Assembly (NCBI GenBank): GCA_002712285.1
Contig: PATC01000023.1
Location: 809-64,808 of the forward strand
DNA length: 64,000 bases
DNA from: Methanobacteriota archaeon
GTDB taxonomy: Archaea; Thermoplasmatota; Poseidoniia; Poseidoniales; Thalassarchaeaceae
Direction: 5' to 3'
The translations under genes were made by a program, and so were the position numbers. The notes beneath the pieces are model-generated. The model searched no databases, was not told where the DNA came from, and worked only from the letters and a program-made list of their open reading frames with translations. Within the stretch, counting starts at the first letter, position 1, and the number at the start of each line of letters is the position of its first letter. Shown piece after piece: positions 19,896 through 29,235 of this stretch.

Positions 19896-20783
19896 ATGGA
19901 CATACGAACCGTCGCCGTGATTGGAGCCGGTACAATGGGAGCTGGTATAGCCCAAATCTGTGCACAAGTCGGATGGAAAACACTCCTCTATGATGCGTTT
20001 CCTGAAGGACTTGAACGAGGGATGGAACAAATAAATTCGTTTTGGGACAAAGGTATTGCTAGAGGGAAAACCACAGAGGAACAGAAGTCTGAGTGGGGTA
20101 CAAACCTACATCCCACAGATTCTCTCAATGAAGCAGTATCAGAAGCAGATCTCGTGATTGAAGCAGTCCCGGAGATTATGAAGTTGAAACAAGATATCTT
20201 TCAACAAATTGATTCAACGGCACCTGCACATGCAATCCTTGGTAGCAACACTTCTGGGCTCCCAATTGGTGAAATTGCTCAGGTAACCTCAAGACCGCAA
20301 AATGTCATTGGTATGCATTTCTTCAATCCAGTTCCATTGATGGCACTCTTGGAACTTATTCGTCATGATGGCACAAGCGAGGAAACTATCGAAGCCGCAC
20401 AAAACATCGCTGAACATCTAGGTAAGACTTCCATCCTAGTCCGAGATGTACCTGGATTCGCCACTAGTCGACTTGGTGTAGTTCTTGGAAACGAGGCAAT
20501 TCGTATGCTAGCTGATGGCGTAGCTTCAGCCAGCGATATTGATACCGCGATGAGATTAGGATACCGACATCCAATGGGTCCATTGGAACTTACCGATCTT
20601 GTAGGTCTTGATGTTCGAAGAGATATCCTAAACAACCTCGCGAAAGCCTTCGATGATTCTCGATACCTCCCACACCCATTACTCAACAAACTGGTCGAAG
20701 ATGGTGAACTAGGAAAAAAGACTGGACGAGGTATCTATGATTGGTCCAATGGTGAGAAAAATAATCGTGATCACAACATCTGA
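19896..20783 (+). CDS. 3-hydroxyacyl-CoA / 3-hydroxybutyryl-CoA dehydrogenase
   Basis: VAVIGAGTMGAGIAQ Rossmann motif plus NTSGLPI, MHFFNPVPLM and the C-terminal GKKTGRGIYDW. The start MDIRT lies right after the upstream stop. Confidence 0.85.
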   Translation: MDIRTVAVIGAGTMGAGIAQICAQVGWKTLLYDAFPEGLERGMEQINSFWDKGIARGKTTEEQKSEWGTNLHPTDSLNEAVSEADLVIEAVPEIMKLKQDIFQQIDSTAPAHAILGSNTSGLPIGEIAQVTSRPQNVIGMHFFNPVPLMALLELIRHDGTSEETIEAAQNIAEHLGKTSILVRDVPGFATSRLGVVLGNEAIRMLADGVASASDIDTAMRLGYRHPMGPLELTDLVGLDVRRDILNNLAKAFDDSRYLPHPLLNKLVEDGELGKKTGRGIYDWSNGEKNNRDHNI

Positions 20784-20792
20784 GGTGACATT

Positions 20793-21077
20793 TTGCTCTC
20801 AGATGTCATAATCGAAGTAATCGGTGCTATGGCTGGCTTGCTTGGCGTAATCGCTTGGCTTCCACAACTCCACCGTGTAATGATTCAACGACTCCACCAA
20901 GGGATCTCGATGCCAACATTATTGACAATATGTCTCGCCTTAGTCTTATGGATAATCTACGGGTTCCTAATCGATTCCATGGCTATTATTGGGTCGAATA
21001 TTGCTGCTGGTACATGTGTATCTCTGGTTGCAGCACGAGTCACACAGCTTAGACGTCTTGAGCATAAATCAAAGTAA
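20793..21077 (+). CDS. SemiSWEET / PQ-loop family small sugar transporter
   Basis: ~94 aa with 3 TMs and a WLPQL motif at the end of TM1. TTG start. Confidence 0.6.
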   Translation: MLSDVIIEVIGAMAGLLGVIAWLPQLHRVMIQRLHQGISMPTLLTICLALVLWIIYGFLIDSMAIIGSNIAAGTCVSLVAARVTQLRRLEHKSK

Positions 21078-21542
21078 ATTACTAGGCAGAATCAATTCAA
21101 CTAGAGACCAAGTGCCTTTCTCGTGCCATAATGTTTCATCTACTGTTCGTTCAAGTAGCGCTACCGACCCAGATGGTAAAGAAATTGAGGAACCTGAGAG
21201 CCAATCAACCATCATCTCCCATCCAGGATTATGACCTAGAAGCATAGGGCATTCCCCCTCCAGTGAATCACCCAAAGCAGAGACAACATCCATCAAATTG
21301 GCATGATACAACTCTGAGAGAATGTATTCCTTCGCATCATCTAGATGAATTCGCATCCTCTGCATAGTTTCACGCGTTCTCTCTGAATCGGAGAGATAGA
21401 CTACATCGGGTATCCAGTTACGGGTTTCGAGAGTTTTCGCAATCAAAAGCGCATCTCTTCGGCCTTTTTCATTGAGTGTGCGCGCATGATCAGATCGCAC
21501 GGGATTCGCCCAACTACTCTTGGCATGCCGCATCACGATCAT
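21069..21542 (-). CDS. histidine phosphatase (SixA / phosphoglycerate-mutase superfamily)
   Basis: MIVMRHAKS...RTLNEKGRRDA contains the RHG catalytic motif and GHNP follows later. The start is taken at the internal Met. Confidence 0.6.
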   Translation of the reverse strand: MIVMRHAKSSWANPVRSDHARTLNEKGRRDALLIAKTLETRNWIPDVVYLSDSERTRETMQRMRIHLDDAKEYILSELYHANLMDVVSALGDSLEGECPMLLGHNPGWEMMVDWLSGSSISLPSGSVALLERTVDETLWHEKGTWSLVELILPSNLL

Positions 21543-21602
21543 TCGGCGATGTGAGGCCATAATGCAATATGAGAAGATGGTCGGCTTGAATTCTATGCTG
21601 AA

Positions 21603-22400
21603 TTATTCTGATTCATCTAAAGTGTGGAATATTGGATCTCGCTTCTCAAGGAAAGACGCGACACCTTCAGCAAAGTCAGGTAAACGGCTTGATTCTGTAA
21701 TTAGCATGCGTTCAAATTCTAATTGAGTCTCAAAAAATGTCGACGATTGAGAATCTAACAATTGCTTCGTAGATCGCTTAGACTGGTCCGACCAACGTCC
21801 CCATTCCATCGCAATCCGAATCGCACGAGGGACGAGTTCTTCAGGCTCCACCACCTCATCGACTGCACCCAAATCCATTGCTTCCTGCGCACTCCATGTT
21901 TGATCCTCAAAGAGAAAACGACGCGCATTTTGGAGACCTACGAGACGTGGAAGTAGCCACGTGGTTCCACCATCCGGTGAAAGGCCAAGACGGAAGAATG
22001 CAGATGCCAAACGAGCCTTCGTAGAAGCAATCCGAACATCACAAGCAAGCGCAAGGCCAAGGCCGCCTCCAGCAGCCGCTCCATTCATTGCAGCCACAAT
22101 GACAGTAGGATCGGCACGCATACGAACGAGAAGCGGATGGAGGATACCGGTTAGGGTAGCAACTAAATCAGCAGCAGTACCATCTTCGATTGCAGACTTA
22201 AATGACTGAATGTCAGCACCAGCACAAAACACACGGCCAGACCCTGTAATCACGATTGAACGGATCTCTGAATCATCCATCAAACGGGTAAGTTCAGCCG
22301 ATATAGCAGCCATAGAAACCGCATCGAATGCATTACTAGATGCCTCTTCTGATAAAGTCACAACTGCAGTTTGACCTTGTGTCACCACGCCGACAGTCAT
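21603..22400 (-). CDS. enoyl-CoA hydratase/isomerase (crotonase fold)
   Basis: FCAGADI...NGAAAGGGLGLALACDVRIAS crotonase motifs. Confidence 0.8.
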   Translation of the reverse strand: MTVGVVTQGQTAVVTLSEEASSNAFDAVSMAAISAELTRLMDDSEIRSIVITGSGRVFCAGADIQSFKSAIEDGTAADLVATLTGILHPLLVRMRADPTVIVAAMNGAAAGGGLGLALACDVRIASTKARLASAFFRLGLSPDGGTTWLLPRLVGLQNARRFLFEDQTWSAQEAMDLGAVDEVVEPEELVPRAIRIAMEWGRWSDQSKRSTKQLLDSQSSTFFETQLEFERMLITESSRLPDFAEGVASFLEKRDPIFHTLDESE

Positions 22401-22470
22401 ACTTCGCGGTAGAGGTCTACGTTATTGAAGTCCATGAAGGTCATAAGATGTGTATCCCTCAGGAAGACCG

Positions 22471-23895
22471 ATGCAACGCAAAGAACTGTACATCGATGGA
22501 GCATGGATTGCCCCTCAGGGCGATGGAACGATTGAGGTAGTCAACCCTACGACTGAGCAGGTCATCGGTTCCGTACCCGCGGGGTCTTCTGATGATGTGA
22601 ATCTCGCTGTTGCTGCAGCGAAACGCGCCTTTCCGGAGTGGGCTAACAGTAGTATCGAAACTCGCATGGCGGCTCTCAACGATCTCTCATTAGCTCTCAA
22701 GGAACTCACTGAAGAGTTGGCACAAACAATCACAGCAGAAGTAGGTACGCCGATTGGTTACAGCCGTATGGCAATGGTTGGAACCCCTCGTGTTGTTGCA
22801 AGATCTTATGCGAAAATGCTCGAGTCTTACGAATGGGAGCACGAAATTAGAAATTCAGTTATCGTGAAGGAACCCGTGGGAGTATGTGCCTTCATCACAC
22901 CGTGGAATTTCCCTCTGCACCAGATTGTGGGCAAGGTTGCTCCAGCACTTGCTGCTGGCTGCACCATGGTTCTCAAACCATCGAAGGAAGCTCCTCTAAA
23001 CGCATTTTTACTCGCTGATATTCTTCATGATATTGGCCTCCCACCTGGAGTTTTCAATCTCGTTAGCGGACACGGTAGCGAAGTGGGAGAGTTCCTCTCA
23101 GGTCACCCAGATGTCGACATGGTTTCATTCACCGGATCCACAGGAGCGGGAATCCGCGTATCTCAAGCAGCCGCACCAACTGTAAAGCGAGTAACCCTTG
23201 AACTAGGAGGCAAATCTGCGAACGTGATTCTCGATGATGCGGATATAATTCGAGCTGCAAAATCATCGATTGGCGCCTGCTATCAAAACTCAGGTCAGAC
23301 CTGTTCCGCACTAACACGACTCATTATCCCAGTAGCGCACAAAGAAGAGATTCTAGAGTTGGTCAAACAACGCGTAGATGGCTATACACCTGGAAATCCA
23401 CTAGACGAAAATACCCGCTGCGGGCCAATGGTTTCATCTAAACAACAGGCTAGTGTCCATAATTACATACAATCAGCAATCGATGAAGGTGCAACGCTCA
23501 TTGCCGGAGGTACCGAGATGCCAGATGGTATCGAAACCGGTTTCTTCGTTCGACCTACTGCCTTCGCCGATGTTACACCTGATATGACAATCTGGAAAGA
23601 GGAAGTATTCGGCCCTGTATTGACAATCACTACATACCAATCTGAGGAAGAGGCACTCTCTCTAGCAAACGATTCAATCTACGGACTTTCTGGCGGTGTC
23701 TGGTCTGGAGATACTGAACGTGCGATGGAATTCGCAAAGGGCATGCGCACCGGTCAAGTAAGCATAAACGGTGGACCATTCAATGTCAGTGCACCATTTG
23801 GTGGCTACAAGCAATCGGGGAATGGACGGGAACTTGGTGTGGAAGGACTAGATGAATTCCTTGAAATAAAGGCAATACAGCGCCCCATTGAATGA
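22471..23895 (+). CDS. NAD(P)-dependent aldehyde dehydrogenase
   Basis: FTGSTGAG, the catalytic Cys context GQTCSA, ELGGKSA and EEVFGPV. Confidence 0.85.
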   Translation: MQRKELYIDGAWIAPQGDGTIEVVNPTTEQVIGSVPAGSSDDVNLAVAAAKRAFPEWANSSIETRMAALNDLSLALKELTEELAQTITAEVGTPIGYSRMAMVGTPRVVARSYAKMLESYEWEHEIRNSVIVKEPVGVCAFITPWNFPLHQIVGKVAPALAAGCTMVLKPSKEAPLNAFLLADILHDIGLPPGVFNLVSGHGSEVGEFLSGHPDVDMVSFTGSTGAGIRVSQAAAPTVKRVTLELGGKSANVILDDADIIRAAKSSIGACYQNSGQTCSALTRLIIPVAHKEEILELVKQRVDGYTPGNPLDENTRCGPMVSSKQQASVHNYIQSAIDEGATLIAGGTEMPDGIETGFFVRPTAFADVTPDMTIWKEEVFGPVLTITTYQSEEEALSLANDSIYGLSGGVWSGDTERAMEFAKGMRTGQVSINGGPFNVSAPFGGYKQSGNGRELGVEGLDEFLEIKAIQRPIE

Positions 23896-23904
23896 TTTAT
23901 AGAA

Positions 23905-24201
23905 GTGGGAAAAATGACAGGAGTCCCATATTGGAGAATATTTTTTGTCATTCTTGGCATCATTATCTCTTTTCTAGGCCTAATTCTTTGGAATATTCCA
24001 TTGAATGAATCTGATGGATCGGTGAACATCTATTCCGCAGATTCCGGATTGAACCTTGGAGAAGGATTCCTTGCCTTAACCGGGGGGGGACTCCTCATGT
24101 GTTTTGCACTCGGTCCGTACATCATTCTCTCAGGACTAATCGGGCGACCTTTTCCTATCTCAGAAGAGGCATGGAATCAGAAGGCTCCTGATTTGGAATG
24201 A
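23905..24201 (+). CDS. small membrane protein
   Basis: Three hydrophobic helices in 98 aa. Confidence 0.3.
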   Translation: MGKMTGVPYWRIFFVILGIIISFLGLILWNIPLNESDGSVNIYSADSGLNLGEGFLALTGGGLLMCFALGPYIILSGLIGRPFPISEEAWNQKAPDLE

Positions 24202-24221
24202 AGTATTTTCTACAGGTATAC

Positions 24222-25238
24222 TCAATCCATGAACCATTCTCGCATAGTACAAGCTTGACAAATTGGGCGATTAGTGGGTTGGCCACAATTGTCACAGGAA
24301 CGGATTGATTCCTTGTTTGAAACGTTGGAATCTTGAGCGAGTTCCTTGATTCTATCCATGGATTGTAATAACCCATGACGGCTACCTGGAACATCTCGTT
24401 CAATTTCAGCAACTATCAAACGACTCCTCTGTCGAAGTGCTCCACCTGCATGAGGACAGGTTCCATGATGAATAGGTAATCCAAGTTGAATTGCAGCAGC
24501 ATGTACCTCTTGTTCTGGAATCCAACGTAGAGGTACAATTCTTGGTGTCAATCCATCGATTTTCTGCTTAGTGTGCGGAGCAAGTCGAATTGTCCTATCG
24601 ACTTCACCCTTCTGTAAATTCATGAGAATGGATTGAGCAACATCATCCAGGTTGTGCCCCAAAGCCATAACATCTGCACCCACTCTTTCAGCGAGTGCAT
24701 TCAGACCTTGGCGACGAAATACTCCACAGAAACTGCATGGCATCATACCATTCACCTCGTCATTCGATTCACCAACTTGGGGAAGTGAAGAAACAAGATC
24801 ATCCATCATGGGGAAAGAAAGATCGGGGTAAGATACTCTCTCAAGTCGAACATTCAAATCATCGCAAATGGATTGTGCACAATCTACCGACGGTGCACGG
24901 TACCCCTCGATACCTTCGTCAACTACTCCTGCAATTATCTCGACATCGCGACGCTTACCCAAAATCCGATGAAGTAAATGCAACATAAGGGCAGAGTCTT
25001 TTCCCCCGCTTACCGCTACAAGTACACGATATGGGCGTCCAAGAGTTTCTAACGAATTTTTTGGAAGTGGAAGTTGGCGCCGTAACGTCTTCGAAACACG
25101 CTTGTGAATCGATTCAACAAGGTGATTGCCACAAAGATGCTGGCCGCTGTAGACCTGATGTACGATAGAATCACGAGCACAACGAGAACAGGTAGTGACT
25201 TCGAAGGCACTGGCCACGAATCTTGGTATCGACTTCAT
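24222..25238 (-). CDS. tRNA thiolase, Ncs6/TtuA/NcsA family (PP-loop ATPase with zinc ribbons)
   Basis: PP-loop VAVSGGKDSALM. N-terminal CSRC...C..H and C-terminal CDNCGQ...CQAC zinc-finger pairs. Confidence 0.75.
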   Translation of the reverse strand: MKSIPRFVASAFEVTTCSRCARDSIVHQVYSGQHLCGNHLVESIHKRVSKTLRRQLPLPKNSLETLGRPYRVLVAVSGGKDSALMLHLLHRILGKRRDVEIIAGVVDEGIEGYRAPSVDCAQSICDDLNVRLERVSYPDLSFPMMDDLVSSLPQVGESNDEVNGMMPCSFCGVFRRQGLNALAERVGADVMALGHNLDDVAQSILMNLQKGEVDRTIRLAPHTKQKIDGLTPRIVPLRWIPEQEVHAAAIQLGLPIHHGTCPHAGGALRQRSRLIVAEIERDVPGSRHGLLQSMDRIKELAQDSNVSNKESIRSCDNCGQPTNRPICQACTMREWFMD

Positions 25239-25256
25239 GGCTTCAACGAATCGTTT

Positions 25257-25332
25257 AATTTCTCAATTAGAAATTAGATTTCTCAATTGAAAAATACATA
25301 TTTTGAAAGTACAGGAATCCACGATGGATTCC
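25257..25332. promoter_or_regulatory. cluster of operator-like palindromes in a 210-bp AT-rich divergent intergenic region
   Basis: AATTTCTcaattAGAAATT (25257-25275), a second TTTCTCAATTGAAAA copy (25276-25295), and GGAATCCacgatGGATTCC (25314-25332). A tataatatat TATA-like tract and a GCCCC/GGGGC hairpin lie at 25401-25416. Confidence 0.3.
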
Positions 25333-25449
25333 TCCAATTGAATAATGATTTCAATTCAGATTCTCGGCGTTGTATAATATATCCTCGAAACACTATCTGT
25401 GGCCCCTTTTAGGGGCAAGTTCTTGAAGTCGAATACAACCTGAACCTAT

Positions 25450-25785
25450 TTGGATAGTATGATTGAGAACGTCGTTCGCGCTTACACTCACCTTCCAGGT
25501 GTGGTTGAATCGTGGATGGAGAAATTAGACGGTACGATGATCGCCCCCTCCAAAGATGGTGTAAATGGAATCCGCTCTTGGACCACAGCTGAACGTCTAG
25601 CACGGGAATCAGGATTAGGGCAACTGCAAGAGTGGTGGATTGAATCTGATCAAGGTGCAGTCATCGCTTCAAAAACAGGAGATGATTCGTTACTCTGGCT
25701 AAAAACTGATTCTCCGAGACGATTGGGACGTTGTGCCCATGAAGTCAGGAGGACTCGATCCGACCTTGCCAATTTACTGAGGTGA
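25450..25785 (+). CDS. Roadblock/LC7 (MglB-like) domain protein
   Basis: 111 aa whose length and alpha-beta pattern (GVNGIRSWTTAE...QGAVIASKTGDDSL) fit Roadblock/LC7. Called by pattern. Confidence 0.5.
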   Translation: MDSMIENVVRAYTHLPGVVESWMEKLDGTMIAPSKDGVNGIRSWTTAERLARESGLGQLQEWWIESDQGAVIASKTGDDSLLWLKTDSPRRLGRCAHEVRRTRSDLANLLR

Positions 25786-25789
25786 TGAA

Positions 25790-28700
25790 ATGTTTGACCT
25801 ACCCCATGGAGACCCTATCGACAGCCTGTTCGACGGTAGTGCGTTGAATGAAGTAGTTGAGTTTGAATGCGGGATAATCTCGAGTTACAAACCAAAGTCA
25901 CGAAGTCCTTGTGCACATCGAATTGTAGCAGGCGGACACATAGTTGGTTGGCTGGCCGATGCTGAAGAGAACAAACACTACGTTGGAGGTCATGCGGCAA
26001 AGGCACGGCTAGTGGAGTTAGAAGATGCCCATGAATTAAGACACAAGGCATATGCTCTGCTGTTAGAAGAAGTCCGAAGTCTGATTGATGGTGTTCCCGA
26101 ATGCCTTGCCGACCCTGCATTGATGGGCACATTAGGCCTTGCTGGACGTCGTCTTCCTGCGGCTACACATGATTGGCCTCTCGTTGTCGATGTGCTTGAA
26201 TCAGAAACTGGAGTTATTGCTGCTCTAGCATTTGAGGATGGAGTCCTCATACATTCTTCAGGGGAAACACCAGCAGACCCAGATGCACTTTCTGCTGACC
26301 TTGATGCGCAATTGAGAGGTATGGATGCCTTAACTCAACTCATGGGCGCATCACCTGCACCTTGGTATCGACAGGCTTTCGACGAGCACGAGATGACTGT
26401 CGCAAGAGATGGTTCTGCTGGATTAGCACTTTGGACGACCGGTGGGGCTGATCCAATGACACTCTTGATGAATGCTGCAGGCATGATTGAACCATCCGAG
26501 AACGAGGCAGATTCAGAGGTTGTAGCACCAGCAAACGGGTTCATTGTTCGGGAAGGAAAGGGCGGTGTTGATTCATTAATCTCAATGCTTTCTACTGCAA
26601 AGACTGAGGAAATTACAGGACATCTGAGATCTGAAGGAAAAGGTGAATCAGTATCTATTCTCCTAATTGATGGGCTCCCTTCGGGAATCTATTCTACAGC
26701 TGATGGGTTAGAAACTTCAATTCGTGATATTTCCTCACCAAGTGCCGACCTCCAACTTCATCGCTTGGAACGGGCTGCAAGACTAACGCTTGGCCGTGGA
26801 AATATCGATGGATTTACCCTTGAATCAATGTGTCATTCAATAGCCACAGTTCGTACACGTTCAGAGAGTAGACGTGACCTACTAATCGACCGACTAGACA
26901 GATTATATCGATTTGAGATGGGGATGGACATGGTTGATTCAGCAAAGGGCCAATGGAGATTATTGGATACAGGGGGACGTGCTACAGCGAAGATATTGCC
27001 ATCTTCTGCAGCAGGTAAGGTGCTACAGCCCGAAGAACGACAGATTCTCGATCGAATACGTCGCCTAGAGGAAGATAAAATTGGATTGGAACGAGATCGT
27101 GGCCGTTTGGAACGGATGCTCGAAGAAGAGCAAACTCAACGTACCCAATCTGATGAGACTCTTGCTCAAAAGGCAGCGCTTCTTGAAGAGTCCACTAACA
27201 AGGTCAGAAGTCTGAATGAAGAATTAGATCAAGCACGGCTTATTGTTCAAAGCGCCGGCGAATCTAGTGAATCAGATAGGATAAGAGCGGATTCCCTTGC
27301 AAAGCGTGTAGCTGAACTAGAACATCTCGTAGAGCGTAAGGCTATTGAGATTGCATCAGCCATCGGCGAGAGCAAGAAGCGGGAAGAGTTGAGTGTTGAA
27401 CTTGAGGAGATTATGAAGAAAGAAGTAGAGACTCGTGCAACACTCAATGATGCTGAATCTCGACTTGACGAAGTTCGTACTGCACTCAATGAAGATGAAC
27501 GAGTTCAACGTGTACTCTCTGAACAGGTCTCTTCTCTGCGTGATCGACACCGTCTCGCTGATGCAGAAACAAAGGAAGCCGAAGTTCGAATGAGAAATCA
27601 CCGTGCTGAAGTCGCTGCCCTGGAAGGTGATCTCCATACTCTAAGAAGGCAAATCGATGAAGATCGAGGTCGGACTAATGACCTTGAACGTAGGCAGGCT
27701 CTTCTTCAAACAGAATTGAAAGAACTCATGGCTGAACGACGTACACTGATGAGAGAATTAGGCGACCTCGATGCTCGTAAGGCACAGGCAGAAGCGGAAC
27801 TCCGAGAGATGATCACAGATGCTGAAGAACTCACTGAGGCTCATGAGCAGGCTCTAGTTGACATTGCTGAAGCAGATCGAATTCGCTCCCGCCTACAAGA
27901 AGAACCTCTTGCCCGCGCTCTTCTTGATGACGACGGACTGCGGGCTCTCGAACCTGTGCTTGAACGTATGGAGAGTGCTCGTAACCGAGGTCTTTCTATG
28001 GTCCTCCTGGATCGCGCTGTCGAACGAGGGTTAGCGGTTATCCAACATACCGTTGATGAAGTTGCAGCAACACCACGACACCTACTATCGACTGAAGTCA
28101 TGGATCTGCTTGAACAACAGGCTCCAGAAACTGCTTCCGCAGTCCGTGGCCTAACACGTTGGTCAGTACAACAACGCCTACATCACATGCTTGGACAGAT
28201 TGTGAACGACGTAGTACTAGATCTGGAAGATATTCTACGTGGTTACGAGGAGGCTGCCACTACTATTGGCCAGATGAGTGATGTCCTGCGCAGCCTCAAT
28301 GATCTAGGGATGCCTGCGAGACAGATTGAAGCAATTGAGCGAATGCTCACACGACCTGAGACACTACCCCGGATTGCCGCTGAAACACAGGCACTCATCA
28401 ACTCAGCACTCGATGACATCTACATCGATGCAGATCAGAGGGATGCTGGTCAATCAGTTGATTTAGCTTCAACTATTGAAGCATTAGAACGAATGGCAAA
28501 ACGTCTTGAGGTATTATCAGGTGAAGAAGGTGGGTTCCAAGGATCTATTTGGCGCTTCCAAAGATCAGGTATGTTGCCTTTTGAAACCGGTCGACTAGTA
28601 GGAGTTCAACGCCCAGATATTGATAATCGAGCCCTCTTAGAAATGGACCCAGAAAGGACGGATAATTTCGACAATGAGGAAACAAATGGTGGCGAGGTTC

Positions 28701-28969
28701 GCTCCACTTGGGAACCACTACCTGAACCTTCAGAGACACATGGTGTCAGTATATCGAACAGATCAGATTTAGGCTTAGTACCGACCTCAGCCATTCTCGG
28801 TTCGAAGGAGATTCAAGACCTCCATGAGACAGAACGACGGCTTCGTGAAGTAGATTCTATGACAGAACATCGTCAATCTATCCGAAATGGTGTACCTATG
28901 CCAACTGATCCAACCCAACGTGATGCATTGTCCTCTCTTGAGGATGATTTGGCAGATCTCGATATTTGA
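25790..28969 (+). CDS. giant coiled-coil protein with N-terminal Roadblock-like globular region
   Basis: The N-terminal ~400 aa contain Roadblock-like segments (VIAALAFEDGVLIHSSGETPADPDALSADLDAQLRGMDALTQLMG; AGLALWTTGGADPMTLLMNAAGMIE). About 450 aa of uninterrupted heptad-like E/R/L/A-rich coiled coil follows, then a ~300-aa acidic C-terminal domain. Confidence 0.55.
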   Translation: MFDLPHGDPIDSLFDGSALNEVVEFECGIISSYKPKSRSPCAHRIVAGGHIVGWLADAEENKHYVGGHAAKARLVELEDAHELRHKAYALLLEEVRSLIDGVPECLADPALMGTLGLAGRRLPAATHDWPLVVDVLESETGVIAALAFEDGVLIHSSGETPADPDALSADLDAQLRGMDALTQLMGASPAPWYRQAFDEHEMTVARDGSAGLALWTTGGADPMTLLMNAAGMIEPSENEADSEVVAPANGFIVREGKGGVDSLISMLSTAKTEEITGHLRSEGKGESVSILLIDGLPSGIYSTADGLETSIRDISSPSADLQLHRLERAARLTLGRGNIDGFTLESMCHSIATVRTRSESRRDLLIDRLDRLYRFEMGMDMVDSAKGQWRLLDTGGRATAKILPSSAAGKVLQPEERQILDRIRRLEEDKIGLERDRGRLERMLEEEQTQRTQSDETLAQKAALLEESTNKVRSLNEELDQARLIVQSAGESSESDRIRADSLAKRVAELEHLVERKAIEIASAIGESKKREELSVELEEIMKKEVETRATLNDAESRLDEVRTALNEDERVQRVLSEQVSSLRDRHRLADAETKEAEVRMRNHRAEVAALEGDLHTLRRQIDEDRGRTNDLERRQALLQTELKELMAERRTLMRELGDLDARKAQAEAELREMITDAEELTEAHEQALVDIAEADRIRSRLQEEPLARALLDDDGLRALEPVLERMESARNRGLSMVLLDRAVERGLAVIQHTVDEVAATPRHLLSTEVMDLLEQQAPETASAVRGLTRWSVQQRLHHMLGQIVNDVVLDLEDILRGYEEAATTIGQMSDVLRSLNDLGMPARQIEAIERMLTRPETLPRIAAETQALINSALDDIYIDADQRDAGQSVDLASTIEALERMAKRLEVLSGEEGGFQGSIWRFQRSGMLPFETGRLVGVQRPDIDNRALLEMDPERTDNFDNEETNGGEVRSTWEPLPEPSETHGVSISNRSDLGLVPTSAILGSKEIQDLHETERRLREVDSMTEHRQSIRNGVPMPTDPTQRDALSSLEDDLADLDI

Positions 28970-28980
28970 GAGGGGACCCA

Positions 28981-29235
28981 ATGTCGGACGCTGATTCTCC
29001 TCTAACCCTTCTTGGGCGCGAAGAGAATATTGCTCCAATCCGATATCGCAGACCTTTCGATATTTTCGCGCTATTATTTGGCCTCATAATTACAATAATA
29101 GTTGGATGGTTTGGTTGGAAAGCAGGCGGTGTTGGCCCAATTAGTGCCGAGATGGTAGTGGCTCTTTCTTGCTTCCCAGGAGTGATTATCGGACTACTGA
29201 TTTCGGAAATCCTATCACGGTTCTTCGATCGTTGA
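28981..29235 (+). CDS. small two-TM membrane protein
   Basis: An ATG 15 nt inside the TTG-started ORF. Two hydrophobic helices, 84 aa. Confidence 0.4.
   Translation: MSDADSPLTLLGREENIAPIRYRRPFDIFALLFGLIITIIVGWFGWKAGGVGPISAEMVVALSCFPGVIIGLLISEILSRFFDR

Noticed and set aside
26335-28101. Several 64-93-aa minus-strand ORFs
   Set aside because: All lie antisense within the giant coiled-coil gene. The repetitive charged-codon sequence generates spurious open frames.
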